This document shows, one piece after another, positions 53,491 to 63,442 of a stretch of 64,000 nucleotides of DNA (within the stretch, counting starts at the first letter, position 1; the number at the start of each line of letters is the position of its first letter). Source of the DNA: an uncultured bacterium (GTDB taxonomy: Bacteria > Patescibacteriota > Minisyncoccia > UBA6257 > GWB1-50-10); the NCBI GenBank assembly GCA_963722655.1, contig CAVRNT010000001.1, forward strand, positions 244,994-308,993. Direction: 5' to 3'. Below the pieces are notes generated by a model that had not been told where the DNA came from, ran no database searches, and saw nothing but the letters and a program-made list of their open reading frames with translations. The position numbers were made by a program, and so were the translations under genes.

Positions 53491-54396
53491 ATGGTCGATA
53501 TGATCACAAGAAAGGATATACCCTGCTGGTATGAAATTGGTTGGGATGCCAAAAAGACGGCCTTCATCTTGAGGATCCATAAGGACTTTATTCGTAATGC
53601 CGGCACCATTAAAAGTAGTGCTCCGATCTTGGCGGAGTTGATGAAAAAATTCAAATTCAGTTCGTTCGCCGGAGATCTTGCTGGCAAGTTTCTTGGGTTC
53701 GATAAAGTGCTCAAAAACATAGGCGAGGCGGACGGATTCATCAGCTTCATTGGCCGGGTGCCCGTAACCGAAAGGAAAACGGATAAAAAGTGCCAATACT
53801 GCAATGGATCGGGTAGGGATCCGATCTTGGAATGGAATAAATGTTGGCGTTGCAAAGGACAGAAATATGAAATCTCGGACGAGAGGAAAACAACTTATGC
53901 CCTTTCTCTAAGCTTGGAAGTTTTTGTGAATTTTGCATTTAGCCCCAAACGGCACACTTCGTCCAAGTCGGTCCAGCTTATGCAGGTGGGTCTTGTGTTA
54001 CGGCATGAGCCAGATCGCGCGGTTGTCGGCATTGGCGGCGAGATCAGTCGCGCATTGCATAATTGGATTCGGTCTCTCGGAGAGAACGTTGAGCTGGAGG
54101 AATCTTCCCTTGCGATGAAATCGGCTTGGTTCAAAATGCGTCCGTTCAGCAAGTCGGTTTACGATAGGCGAGATTACACCGCTGTCATTCGGGATGTAGG
54201 ATTTGTCTCTATGGATTGCCCCGGTGACGCTTGCGGAGTATTCACTGACCGTGATTATCCGAATGACGAAGGTGGTTGCAGATTAGCGGATCACAACGTC
54301 GATACCGTCTTCCAGCAATTAACGCTCCTTGCCGGGCTTGCGGCTCTCAACACCAAAGCCCGCAAAGAAATGCAAAACGGTCTCACTTCATTGTGA
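53491..54396 (+). CDS. hypothetical protein with zinc-ribbon motif
   Basis: 301 aa with CQYCNGSG...CWRCKG (CxxC-x15-CxxC); AT-richer than flanks; terminator hairpin upstream at about 53433-53460. Confidence 0.45.
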   Translation: MVDMITRKDIPCWYEIGWDAKKTAFILRIHKDFIRNAGTIKSSAPILAELMKKFKFSSFAGDLAGKFLGFDKVLKNIGEADGFISFIGRVPVTERKTDKKCQYCNGSGRDPILEWNKCWRCKGQKYEISDERKTTYALSLSLEVFVNFAFSPKRHTSSKSVQLMQVGLVLRHEPDRAVVGIGGEISRALHNWIRSLGENVELEESSLAMKSAWFKMRPFSKSVYDRRDYTAVIRDVGFVSMDCPGDACGVFTDRDYPNDEGGCRLADHNVDTVFQQLTLLAGLAALNTKARKEMQNGLTSL

Positions 54397-54417
54397 GACC
54401 TTTTATTTTCCACTAAT

Positions 54418-56391
54418 ATGGGTGGAATGGATTGGAGAAGATCGCTGAACGACGCCCAGCGCCTGGCGGTCGAGACGACCGAAGGGCCGGTCCTCGTGAT
54501 CGCCGGCGCGGGTTCCGGCAAGACGCGGGTCATCGAATACCGCGTTTTGAATTTGCTCGAAAAGGGCGTCGCGCCCGAGGAGATCCTCCTTCTCACCTTC
54601 ACTAAAAAGGCGGCCCGAGCGATGCTCGAGCGCGCCGCTTCGCACGACGGCCGGGCGGCCTACGTCCAGGGCGGCACCTTCCACTCCTTCGCCTACGGAA
54701 TTTTGCGCCGGCATGGAGCGCGGCTCGGCATCTCAAGTCGGGCGACGGTCTTGGGCGAAGGCGATGCCCAAGAGGCGGTCGGCCGGGCGCTCACGCGCCT
54801 AGGCTTTGGCGGCAAAGGCGACGACCATTTCCCCAAGAAGGCGACGGTCGCGAGGATCTTGAGCGCCGCCCGGAATCGCGCGACGTCCATCGCGGAAGTT
54901 TTGGACGATGAATATCCGCATTTTGCCCAGTATGCCGGGCAGATCGAGGCGATTGGCGAGGAATACGCGCGGTACAAGAAGAAGTTCGGCTATTTGGATT
55001 ACGATGACCTTCTGGTTTTGACCGTTGAGCTCCTCCGCGATGATGAGGCGCGGGAACTCGTCGCCGGTAAGTACCGCTACATCATGGTGGACGAGTATCA
55101 GGACACGAACCCTGCCCAGGGCGAGATCACTGAGCTTCTGGGCCGTAGGCACCGGAACGTAATGGTCGTGGGCGACGACGCCCAGAGCATCTACCGCTTC
55201 CGCGGCGCCTCGCACGAGAACATCATGCGCTTCCCGGAAAAATTCTCCGGCTGCAAGGTCTTGAAGCTTGAGGATAATTACCGAAGCGTCCAGCCCATCC
55301 TGGACCTCGGGAACGCCATCCTCGCCGATATGCCGAAGAAGTTCGCGAAGACGCTCAGGGCCACGCGCCAAGGGAGAGAACCCCCTCAACTTCTTTATTT
55401 CGAGGATGCCGAGACGGAGGCGGAACATATCGTGGGCGAAGTTGTCTCTCTGAAGCGCCGAGGTGCCGGGCTCAAGGACCAAGCCGTCCTTTTTCGTTCC
55501 TCTTACATCTCGATCCCGCTCCAAGCGGCCCTCGCTCGGGCCGGAGTGCCTTTCCGCGTCTACGGCGGTCTCAAGTTCTACGAAATGGCCCATGTGAAGG
55601 ACGTCTTGGCCTTCCTCCGCGTCGCGGCGAACTCGAAGGACGAGATCTCCTGGCACCGTGTCCTCACGCTCCTCCCGGGCGTGGGGGAACGGACCGCGGC
55701 GGGGATCTATGCGGCGGTCTCCGGCGGTGGGCGCGGCACATTCCGCGAAAAATTAGAGAAGGCCTCCGGGAAAATCTCCGCCGATATGTTCAAGATAGTT
55801 TCCCTCTTGGACGAAGCCGCGGAGGACGCGCCCGGGAAGTCATTCCGCCTCATCCTCAAGGGTTATCTGCCCTTTATGCGCGAGAAGTTCGACGACTGGC
55901 CAATGCGCCTCGCCGACCTCGAGGTCCTTGCGGACATCGCGGAGGAGTACAAAAGCGCCCGCGACCTTTTGACCGATCTCGCCTTGGAGACGCCGGAGCG
56001 CGCGGAGCGGGGGAACGAGCACGAGGAAACGCTCACGCTCTCGACGATCCACTCCGCGAAGGGCTTGGAGTGGAAAGTGGTCTATCTCTTGGGTGTCGAG
56101 GAAGGGGTCCTACCATCCAAGATGGTAAGGAAGGACGAGGAGGTGGAGGAGGAAGAGCGCCTGCTCTACGTCGCCGTGACCCGCGCCAAGGATCGGCTGA
56201 CGCTTCTTTTTCACTTGGAAGGCCGGGAAAGTGGTAACTTACCGTTCAACCGGTTATCAAGATTCCTCACTCCGCCCGAGATCGGCGATCTTTTAGGCCA
56301 GCGCGACCTCTCGGGTCTCGGCCTCGCCGCGAAGATAAAGGCGGAGAATGAAAGTGATGGCCTGGAGACCGAGGATTTCGTGGATTATTAG
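54418..56391 (+). CDS. uvrD: ATP-dependent DNA helicase, UvrD/PcrA/Rep family
   Basis: AGAGSGKT Walker A, DEYQDTN, SF1 helicase motifs throughout 657 aa. Confidence 0.9.
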   Translation: MGGMDWRRSLNDAQRLAVETTEGPVLVIAGAGSGKTRVIEYRVLNLLEKGVAPEEILLLTFTKKAARAMLERAASHDGRAAYVQGGTFHSFAYGILRRHGARLGISSRATVLGEGDAQEAVGRALTRLGFGGKGDDHFPKKATVARILSAARNRATSIAEVLDDEYPHFAQYAGQIEAIGEEYARYKKKFGYLDYDDLLVLTVELLRDDEARELVAGKYRYIMVDEYQDTNPAQGEITELLGRRHRNVMVVGDDAQSIYRFRGASHENIMRFPEKFSGCKVLKLEDNYRSVQPILDLGNAILADMPKKFAKTLRATRQGREPPQLLYFEDAETEAEHIVGEVVSLKRRGAGLKDQAVLFRSSYISIPLQAALARAGVPFRVYGGLKFYEMAHVKDVLAFLRVAANSKDEISWHRVLTLLPGVGERTAAGIYAAVSGGGRGTFREKLEKASGKISADMFKIVSLLDEAAEDAPGKSFRLILKGYLPFMREKFDDWPMRLADLEVLADIAEEYKSARDLLTDLALETPERAERGNEHEETLTLSTIHSAKGLEWKVVYLLGVEEGVLPSKMVRKDEEVEEEERLLYVAVTRAKDRLTLLFHLEGRESGNLPFNRLSRFLTPPEIGDLLGQRDLSGLGLAAKIKAENESDGLETEDFVDY

Positions 56392-56454
56392 CTAAAAAGT
56401 TCGAATCCTCTCCTGTGCGCTCGGCGTTAAGAGATGGGCCGATTTTTGGTCAAT

Positions 56455-56483
56455 TTGACGGTATTTTGAGCGCCGGGTAAAAT
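56455..56483 (+). promoter_or_regulatory. sigma70-like promoter of the glutaredoxin gene
   Basis: TTGACG, a 17-nt spacer, then TAAAAT, followed by an AGGAGG RBS region. Confidence 0.5.
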
Positions 56484-56532
56484 GAGGAGGAAAAGAGGTA
56501 AAAAGGTCGCTTCAATTTTTTCACCGTAAAAA

Positions 56533-56769
56533 ATGCCCAACGTCACGATCTACACGACGCCCAGCTGCGTTTTTTGCAAAATGACGAAGTCCTTCTTCCA
56601 GGCGAACGGCGTGAAGTACGAGGAAAAGGACGTCGCGGAAGATATCGCGGCGCGCGAGGATATGGTCCGAAAGTCCGGCCAGCTCGGCGTGCCGGTCATC
56701 GACGTCGGCGGCGAGATCGTCGTCGGTTTCGACAAGGAAAAACTTTCGGAACTCCTGAGCATCAAGTAG
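56533..56769 (+). CDS. glutaredoxin-like protein (NrdH/YruB type)
   Basis: 78 aa thioredoxin fold with CVFC redox motif and GVPVI motif. Confidence 0.8.
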   Translation: MPNVTIYTTPSCVFCKMTKSFFQANGVKYEEKDVAEDIAAREDMVRKSGQLGVPVIDVGGEIVVGFDKEKLSELLSIK

Positions 56770-56833
56770 AACCTCGAATATCTTGGAACGGCCGCTGGAA
56801 AGGCGGCTGTTTCCATTCTATAATGGCTGGCAT

Positions 56834-58360
56834 ATGGCGAAATTAAAGACGCTCGCGTCGAAGATCTGGAAATTTTTGAAGCGGCCCTACGGCTGGGGCG
56901 GCGTCGTGGTTTTGGTGCTCATATATCTCGTCTTCTTCAGTCACGGTGCCGAGCCATCTCAGACGATGATCATCGAAAAGGGGACTATCGCCCAAACCGT
57001 CATCGTGACGGGGCAGGTGACGGCCGCGAAGAACGTCTCGCTCGCTTTTGAGCAGACCGGCAAGGTAGCGCGCATCTACGTGAAGGAAGGCGATCCGGTG
57101 ACGGTCGGCGCGGCCTTGATCGCCGAGGACAGCAGCGTGGCGGCGGCCCAGTTGGATAAGGACCAAGCGAACCTCGCGGCCGCCCAGGCGAATCTCGCGA
57201 TCCTCCAGGCGGGTGCAACGCCGCAGGACGTCGCGGTCGCGCAGTCGGAGCTCCAAAACGCCGCGACCACTCTCGTCTCCACCATCAAGAACGCCTACGC
57301 CTCGGCCGACGACGCGGTGCACAACCAGACTGATTCGATGTTTACCAGCCCGCGCACCAATCCGCAGCTCGTGTTCAACCCCGGTGACCAGCAGCTCACG
57401 ATAAACGTCCAGACTGAACGGCTGGCGCTCGAAGGTGCGCTCACGAACTGGCAATCGGGGGTCGCCGCCCTGACCTCGGCGAGCGACCTCGCTTCCGCCG
57501 CCGCGGCCGCGAACGCCGTCTTGGTCCAGGAACAATCGTTCCTCTCCGATGCCGCCGCGGCGGTGAACGAAGCATCTCCCGCCACCTCGCTTTCCCAGGC
57601 GACCATCACGGCTTGGAAGGTCAATATCGCCTCGGGCCGGACGGAGGTCAATACCGCGATTGCGAACCTCGCCGCGGCCGCGACCGCCTTCGTTGTGGAC
57701 CAAAAACAGCTCGTTTTGAAGCAGGCGCCGCCGACCGCTGACCAAGTGGCGGCCTCGCAGGCGGCCGTCGCCCAAGCGCAAGCCCAAGTGGAATTGGACC
57801 AGGCCGCTCTCGGCAAGACCGTTCTCCGCGCCCCCTTTGACGCCCTCGTCACGAACGTCGTCCCCCAGGTCGGCGAAACGATGACGGCGGGCGAGGACGC
57901 CGTGGACCTGATCGGAGAGAACAGCTTACAGGTCGAGGCCTACGTGCCGGAGGTGGACGTCGCTAAGCTCGCCGTGGGCGACAGCGCCTCGATGACCTTT
58001 GACGCCATCCCTAACGAAACGTTCACGGGCAAAGTCGTCACCATCTATCCGGCTGAGACCGTGATAAATGGCGTCGCCAACTACAAGATTGAGGTGGCCT
58101 TCGACCAGATGGACCCGCGCTTCAAGAGCGGCCTCACGGCCAATCTCACGATCGAGACGCTCAAAAAAGAGAACGTCGTCATACTGCCGCAGACGGCCTT
58201 GATCGAGAACGACCAGGGGACCTTCGCCGAGAAGATGGAGAACGGCCAGCCCGTCCAGGTGCCGGTCACGCTCGGCGTCCGCGACGAGAACGGGAACGCC
58301 GAAGTGCTCTCGGGCATTAGTGAAGGTGACCAGGTGGTGAACATCGGCTTGAATCCGTAA
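56834..58360 (+). CDS. efflux transporter periplasmic adaptor (HlyD/MacA family)
   Basis: N-terminal TM, long Ala/Gln-rich coiled-coil hairpin, beta-barrel and lipoyl-like domains; upstream of ABC genes. Confidence 0.75.
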   Translation: MAKLKTLASKIWKFLKRPYGWGGVVVLVLIYLVFFSHGAEPSQTMIIEKGTIAQTVIVTGQVTAAKNVSLAFEQTGKVARIYVKEGDPVTVGAALIAEDSSVAAAQLDKDQANLAAAQANLAILQAGATPQDVAVAQSELQNAATTLVSTIKNAYASADDAVHNQTDSMFTSPRTNPQLVFNPGDQQLTINVQTERLALEGALTNWQSGVAALTSASDLASAAAAANAVLVQEQSFLSDAAAAVNEASPATSLSQATITAWKVNIASGRTEVNTAIANLAAAATAFVVDQKQLVLKQAPPTADQVAASQAAVAQAQAQVELDQAALGKTVLRAPFDALVTNVVPQVGETMTAGEDAVDLIGENSLQVEAYVPEVDVAKLAVGDSASMTFDAIPNETFTGKVVTIYPAETVINGVANYKIEVAFDQMDPRFKSGLTANLTIETLKKENVVILPQTALIENDQGTFAEKMENGQPVQVPVTLGVRDENGNAEVLSGISEGDQVVNIGLNP

Positions 58361-59064
58361 TGCTTTCCGTCACCGATCTCGAAAAGACCTACCGGAACGA
58401 AGGCACTGAAACGCAGGCCCTCGTCGGCCTCTCTTTCAACATCAATAAGGGGGAGTTTGTAGCCATCATGGGCCCTTCCGGTTCCGGCAAGTCCACCTTG
58501 CTCCATATTCTGGGGTTTTTGGACCGACCGACCGGCGGCGAGTACGTCTTCAGCGGCAAGAAGATGGACGAACTCTCGGACGAGGAGCTCGCGCGGGTGC
58601 GCAATAAGGAAATGGGCTTCATCTTCCAGGATTTCAACCTCTTGGGTCACGCCACGGTCTACGAAAATGTCGAACTGCCGCTCCTTTATTCCACGAGCAC
58701 GCCGCCCGAGAAGCGCCGGATGCTCGTCGAAGGAGCCGTCACTGCCGTCGGCCTCGCGGAGAAGCTCAAGGTGGAGGCCGGCAACCTTTCGGGCGGCCAA
58801 AAGCAGCGGGTCGCGATCGCCCGAGCGCTCGTGACCGGACCGACCGTGATCTTCGCGGACGAGCCGACCGGTAACCTGGACTCGCATTCCGGCGCCCAGG
58901 TGATGGAGATCTTGCGCGACCTCAACAAGGGCGGCCACACCGTCATCCTCGTGACCCACGAGACCTACACCGCCGAGTTCGCGAACCGCATCCTGCGGCT
59001 CAAGGACGGCCTCCTCGAAAGCGATGAGCCGATCATTAAGCGACGCGACACTTTCTTCAAATGA
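58360..59064 (+). CDS. ABC transporter ATP-binding protein (MacB/LolD-like)
   Basis: GPSGSGKST Walker [16 protein letters not shown] signature, Walker B ILVTHE. Confidence 0.9.
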   Translation: MLSVTDLEKTYRNEGTETQALVGLSFNINKGEFVAIMGPSGSGKSTLLHILGFLDRPTGGEYVFSGKKMDELSDEELARVRNKEMGFIFQDFNLLGHATVYENVELPLLYSTSTPPEKRRMLVEGAVTAVGLAEKLKVEAGNLSGGQKQRVAIARALVTGPTVIFADEPTGNLDSHSGAQVMEILRDLNKGGHTVILVTHETYTAEFANRILRLKDGLLESDEPIIKRRDTFFK

Positions 59065-60305
59065 CCTTCAAGGACATTTTGCACACTGGTCTCCGAAGTG
59101 TCCGCCACGCACGGATGCGCTCCTTTCTCACCATTTTGGGCATCGTGATTGGCATCTCCTCGGTCATCATCCTGATGTCCGTGGGCACCTCCGCCCAAGA
59201 CCTGATTTTCAACGAGGTGCAGAGCATCGGTTCCGACCTCATCTTCGTCATCCCCGGTGCGACCCTGTCCTCGCGCTTTTCCGCCCCGGCCTCGGCCTTC
59301 GGCGTCGTGACGAAGACCCTGGTGCAGAAGGACGTCGACTCCCTGGAAAGGGAACCTTCGATCGTCGCCGTCGCGCCGGCGGTCTACGGGCAGGGAACGA
59401 TCGTCTACGGCAACAACAACGTCACCATCTCCTATCAGGGCGTGACGGCCGATTTCTTCCCGATGCGGAACTTCAAGGTCGCCTCTGGCCGGCTCTTCAA
59501 TGTGACGGACGTCCAGGGCGGGAACCGCGTCGTCGTCCTGGGGAGCAAGATCGCGAAGACGCTCTTCAATGATTTTAATCCCGTAGGCAAGTACGTCCGC
59601 CTGGCGAATACCCCGCTCCAGGTCATCGGCGTCTTGGGCAGCCAAGGGGTCGGCCCCGGTGGCGTCGATCAGGACCAGATCGCCCTCGTGCCGATCACGG
59701 TCGCCCAGAACCAGCTGATCGGCATCAACTACTTCAACATGGTGACGATCCAAGCGAACGCCACCTACAATATGGATTTCGTGAAATCGCGGGTCGTCTC
59801 CGATCTGCGCCAGAGCCACAGCATCACTGACCCGACGAAGGACGACTTCACGGTGGAGACCCAGCAGGACGCCCTTTCCATTTTGGGCAACATCACCTCC
59901 ATCATGACCGTCTTTCTCGCGGCCATCGCCTCCATCTCGCTCCTCGTGGGCGGCATCGGCATCATGAACATCATGCTCGTCTCGGTCGTGGAGCGGACGC
60001 GGGAGATCGGCCTGCGGAAGGCCGTGGGCGCAACGAACAGCGACATCCTGAAGCAGTTCCTATTGGAATCGATGCTCCTGACCTTCCTCGGAGGAGCGAT
60101 CGGCATCGCCTTGGGGGCGCTCGTCGACGTTTTGGTCTATCTGGTCCTCAAGGCCGTTCTCTCGACCGGATGGGTCTTCGCCTTGCCGCTCTCGGCCGTC
60201 ATCCTCGGAGCCGGCGTCTCGATGGCGATCGGCATCATCTTCGGCTTCTATCCGGCGCGCCAAGCGGCGAGAAAAAGCCCCATTGAAGCCTTGCACTATG
60301 AATGA
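59061..60305 (+). CDS. ABC transporter permease (FtsX/MacB family)
   Basis: N-terminal TM, large periplasmic MacB_PCD, C-terminal FtsX 4-TM bundle. Confidence 0.85.
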   Translation: MTFKDILHTGLRSVRHARMRSFLTILGIVIGISSVIILMSVGTSAQDLIFNEVQSIGSDLIFVIPGATLSSRFSAPASAFGVVTKTLVQKDVDSLEREPSIVAVAPAVYGQGTIVYGNNNVTISYQGVTADFFPMRNFKVASGRLFNVTDVQGGNRVVVLGSKIAKTLFNDFNPVGKYVRLANTPLQVIGVLGSQGVGPGGVDQDQIALVPITVAQNQLIGINYFNMVTIQANATYNMDFVKSRVVSDLRQSHSITDPTKDDFTVETQQDALSILGNITSIMTVFLAAIASISLLVGGIGIMNIMLVSVVERTREIGLRKAVGATNSDILKQFLLESMLLTFLGGAIGIALGALVDVLVYLVLKAVLSTGWVFALPLSAVILGAGVSMAIGIIFGFYPARQAARKSPIEALHYE

Positions 60306-60461
60306 TTCATATAGGGGTACCACCTTGCTTTTTTAAGGAAAGTTATGGCATAATAATCTTATGTTCGAAAAGCTGGAATTCTGGCTTTTTATCTTTCTGG
60401 CTTTCGCGCTCCTCTACGTCGGATACGTTCAGGTGCACGGCTGAAAAGGAAAAAGACCGGA

Positions 60462-60497
60462 ACAAAAAATCGCGCCTTAAGCGCGAGTTTTTGTTTT
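60462..60497. terminator. bidirectional rho-independent terminator
   Basis: aaaaaaTCGCGCcttaaGCGCGAgtttttgtttt. Confidence 0.65.
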
Positions 60498-61970
60498 CAG
60501 AGAGACCTTCTTCTTTGACGTCGGTCTGACCGGCGGTTTCTCGGTAGCCGCGGGCGGTTTCGTCTCGAAGGCGTTCTTCTCGAAGGCCGCGACCACGCTC
60601 TGCGGAATCTCGCCGTTAAAGGGAATGAATATTTTGACCCAATCTTCGATCGGCGTCACTTGGATGTTCAAGCCGGACTTAGTTGTCTCCTTTTCGAGCG
60701 CGTCCGCGAGACCATTCATCTTCTCCTTCTTTACCAACCCCAGGAAGTGAGTGGTCAGGAATTCAAAATAACCATTGGGCTGACGCCAGACAGGGTTGCC
60801 TTTTTTGTCCTTCGGCGCTTCCGAGGCTATCGCCGGCAAACCTCCGACGAGCTTGTCCGCCTTTCCGTTCTCATCGCTTCGGACGTATATAATCCGACCT
60901 AGATTGCTCTTATTGGCTACGCTCGTCCCTTTTTCCAGGAATTCCCGCGATTTCGTGATGCTCTCTTTCTGTTTGTCGATGATGCTCTTGCCGCGCGCGT
61001 CCTTTTCATCCATGCGGTATTTAGCGATCATCTCCGGCGAGAGCTTGGCGGCGGCGCGGATGAACAACTGTTCCCGCATTTCTTTTTTGGATCCGGCGAA
61101 ATCCCTCGGATCGAATTTCACGTCGGCCGTCATCTCCTTGAGCATCGCCGTGAGCGTCTCGGTATCCAATAGCCGATTGATCTTGAAAAGGGTGATATCA
61201 TTTTCGTCGTAGAAATTCCGTTTTGCGCCCTCGAGCCATTCGCCGCGCTCCACGATCTCGGTGAACGTGAATGGAGGCAACAGATCTCTTTTCCCCTCTG
61301 CGCTCAAACGATTGTAGCGTCCCATGCGGCGCAGCGTGTCGAAGACGGCCATCGTCGGACTTTCCAGCTGGCCGTTCGGACCGTTAGAAACTATCAAGCT
61401 TTTTTTCAGAAGATTCTTGGGAAGTTCGTTCTCCCTGCCCGCTTCGTAAAATCTGATCTGGCTTTCGTCCTTGGCGACACCGGCCTTCTCGAGGGCCATC
61501 TTTTGAAGCCCGAAGCTGATGCCTCCCGGATTGGCTATTTTCGATTCGTGGCGCCGGAAATCATACCGAACGTACCCGGGGAAAAGGAAGTTCTCGTAGC
61601 GTCGGTCGAACGTTTCGCGCAGTCGGTCCTGAAATATGCGGTCTCTGCGGAACGGTTCGTAGTCCATCAATGGGTCCACGATCTTTTCTTTGAGATAATA
61701 GAGCTGGGAGGCCTCTGGGTTGTCAGTGAGGTCCTCTTCTATCTCTCGACGGGTTTCGACGGCGCCGAGGCGCGTGGCCTCGGATCTGCCGTGGACCATC
61801 ACGTCGAACTGGAAGCCGATATTGCGGTCCTCGTTCTCCTGATGCTCCGTGATCGCCTCGATCTCCTCCGGCGTCGGCGTTTCCTGATTGAACGATGGTT
61901 CGGGGAAGCGCTCTTTCATACTGTCCACTATAGGCCGCTGGCGCTCCTCGGTCAAAGTGGTAGAATGCAA
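60477..61970 (-). CDS. hypothetical protein (497 aa), no recognised domain
   Basis: Long ORF with a charged N-terminus and a basic Pro-rich C-terminal tail (...KPPVRPTSKKKVSLKTKTRA). Confidence 0.5.
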   Translation of the reverse strand: MHSTTLTEERQRPIVDSMKERFPEPSFNQETPTPEEIEAITEHQENEDRNIGFQFDVMVHGRSEATRLGAVETRREIEEDLTDNPEASQLYYLKEKIVDPLMDYEPFRRDRIFQDRLRETFDRRYENFLFPGYVRYDFRRHESKIANPGGISFGLQKMALEKAGVAKDESQIRFYEAGRENELPKNLLKKSLIVSNGPNGQLESPTMAVFDTLRRMGRYNRLSAEGKRDLLPPFTFTEIVERGEWLEGAKRNFYDENDITLFKINRLLDTETLTAMLKEMTADVKFDPRDFAGSKKEMREQLFIRAAAKLSPEMIAKYRMDEKDARGKSIIDKQKESITKSREFLEKGTSVANKSNLGRIIYVRSDENGKADKLVGGLPAIASEAPKDKKGNPVWRQPNGYFEFLTTHFLGLVKKEKMNGLADALEKETTKSGLNIQVTPIEDWVKIFIPFNGEIPQSVVAAFEKNAFETKPPAATEKPPVRPTSKKKVSLKTKTRA

Positions 61971-61972
61971 AT

Positions 61973-62200
61973 ATGTTAGACCTATTGAACAGCAACGGTT
62001 GGTTGTGGTATGTGTTGATGCTTTGGGTCCTGCCTTGGAAGGGTGTCGCCCTTTGGAAGGCGGCCCGCCGGAGGGACTTATGGTGGTTCATCATCCTCCT
62101 CATCGTGAACACGCTCGCGATCTTGGAGATCCTCTACATTTTCATCTGGAACAAGCGCCCCCTTAAGGCGCCTGCCTCGGAAGCCAAGACGGAAGAGTAG
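61973..62200 (+). CDS. small membrane protein (DUF5652-like)
   Basis: 75 aa; WYVLMLWVLPWKGVALWKAARR motif and 2 TM segments. Confidence 0.5.
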   Translation: MLDLLNSNGWLWYVLMLWVLPWKGVALWKAARRRDLWWFIILLIVNTLAILEILYIFIWNKRPLKAPASEAKTEE

Positions 62201-62312
62201 CCGCCAATGAAAGGACTTTTTGTTTCCTTGATGGCGCTCATTGTCTTCCTTTTAGGCGTCTATTTCTTGTTCGGCGGACTGCTCCGCCGTTTTTCCTGAT
62301 GAACATCGGCTT

Positions 62313-63161
62313 ATGATCTCAATAAGACGGATTTACGACAAAAGCGCCCCGCGAGGCGGTTACCGCGTCCTGGTGGACCGGCTTTGGCCGCGGGGCGTCT
62401 CCAAAAAAGAGGCCAAGCTGGACCTTTGGTCCAAGGAGATCGCCCCGATGGAAGGATTGCGGAAATGGTTCGGTCACGCGCCGGCGAAATGGCCGGCCTT
62501 CCGCAAGAAATATATCGCGGAGCTCAAGGGAAACCTGATGATGGTGGAGTTACTGCGGGCCAAGTTGGCGGGGGAAAAGAGCGTCACGTTGCTTTTCGCC
62601 GCGGAGGACGAGAAACGGAACAACGCCGTCGTCCTCAAGGAGTTCCTGAAGAGCGGCCCGCGCTTCAGGCCCAAACCCGCGCACTTGAAGGTCGGCTCGA
62701 TCGCTCCGGAGATCGAACTGCCGGACCAAAACGGGGAATGGCACAAGCTTTCCTACCATCGGGGCGGTTGGGTTCTCGTTTATTTCTATCCCAAAGACGA
62801 CACGCCGGGGTGCACCAAAGAAGCATGCCTGATCCGCGACTACTTCCCGGATTTTCGGAAACTGAAGGCCAAGGTCTTCGGCGTAAGCGTCGATTCCGTC
62901 CTAAGCCACGCCAAATTCGCCAAGAAGTACAAATTACCCTTTACGCTTCTCGCGGATGAGGGAAAGCTCGCCGTTCGGGCCTACGGCGTTTGGGGCAAGA
63001 AAAAGTTTATGGGGCGCGTTTACGAGGGAACGCTCCGCACCTCCTTCCTCATTGATCCCAAAGGCAAGATCCGGAAGATCTACCGGAACGTGAATCCGGC
63101 CATCCATGCCTCCGAAGTTCTCTCCGACCTCCAAAAAATTATCGAGGTTCAACCTCGATAA
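62313..63161 (+). CDS. DUF488 domain fused to Bcp-type peroxiredoxin (AhpC/TSA family)
   Basis: N-terminal YRVLVDRLWPRG (DUF488) and C-terminal VLVYFYPKDDTPGCTKEAC peroxidatic-Cys motif with LADEGKLAVRAYGV. Confidence 0.75.
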   Translation: MISIRRIYDKSAPRGGYRVLVDRLWPRGVSKKEAKLDLWSKEIAPMEGLRKWFGHAPAKWPAFRKKYIAELKGNLMMVELLRAKLAGEKSVTLLFAAEDEKRNNAVVLKEFLKSGPRFRPKPAHLKVGSIAPEIELPDQNGEWHKLSYHRGGWVLVYFYPKDDTPGCTKEACLIRDYFPDFRKLKAKVFGVSVDSVLSHAKFAKKYKLPFTLLADEGKLAVRAYGVWGKKKFMGRVYEGTLRTSFLIDPKGKIRKIYRNVNPAIHASEVLSDLQKIIEVQPR

Positions 63162-63167
63162 TTTTCC

Positions 63168-63440
63168 ATGGTTAAAACGTACGAAGTTAAAATCTACGGC
63201 CGGGTGCAGGGCGTGAATTTCAGGAGGAGCGCCGCTTGGCGCGCCGGGAGGCTCGGCGTCGTCGGTTTCATCCGGAATGAACCGGACGGAGGCGTCTTCA
63301 TCGAAGTGGAAGGGGACGAAGAGCGGCTCCAAAAGTTCCTCAACTGGTGCAAGAAGGGATCACTCATCGCGCGCGTGGACCGCATCGACGTGGTGGAGAT
63401 AGCGACAAAAGAATACAAAGAGTTTAGGATAGAAAGATAG
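63168..63440 (+). CDS. acyP: acylphosphatase
   Basis: 90 aa; VQGVNFR and GFIRNEPDGGVFIEVEG motifs. Confidence 0.85.
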   Translation: MVKTYEVKIYGRVQGVNFRRSAAWRAGRLGVVGFIRNEPDGGVFIEVEGDEERLQKFLNWCKKGSLIARVDRIDVVEIATKEYKEFRIER

Positions 63441-63442
63441 CA

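Noticed and set aside
60361-60444. 27-codon hydrophobic mini-ORF after the ABC permease
   Set aside because: It is too short and lacks an RBS. It could be a real micro-protein but is unsupported.
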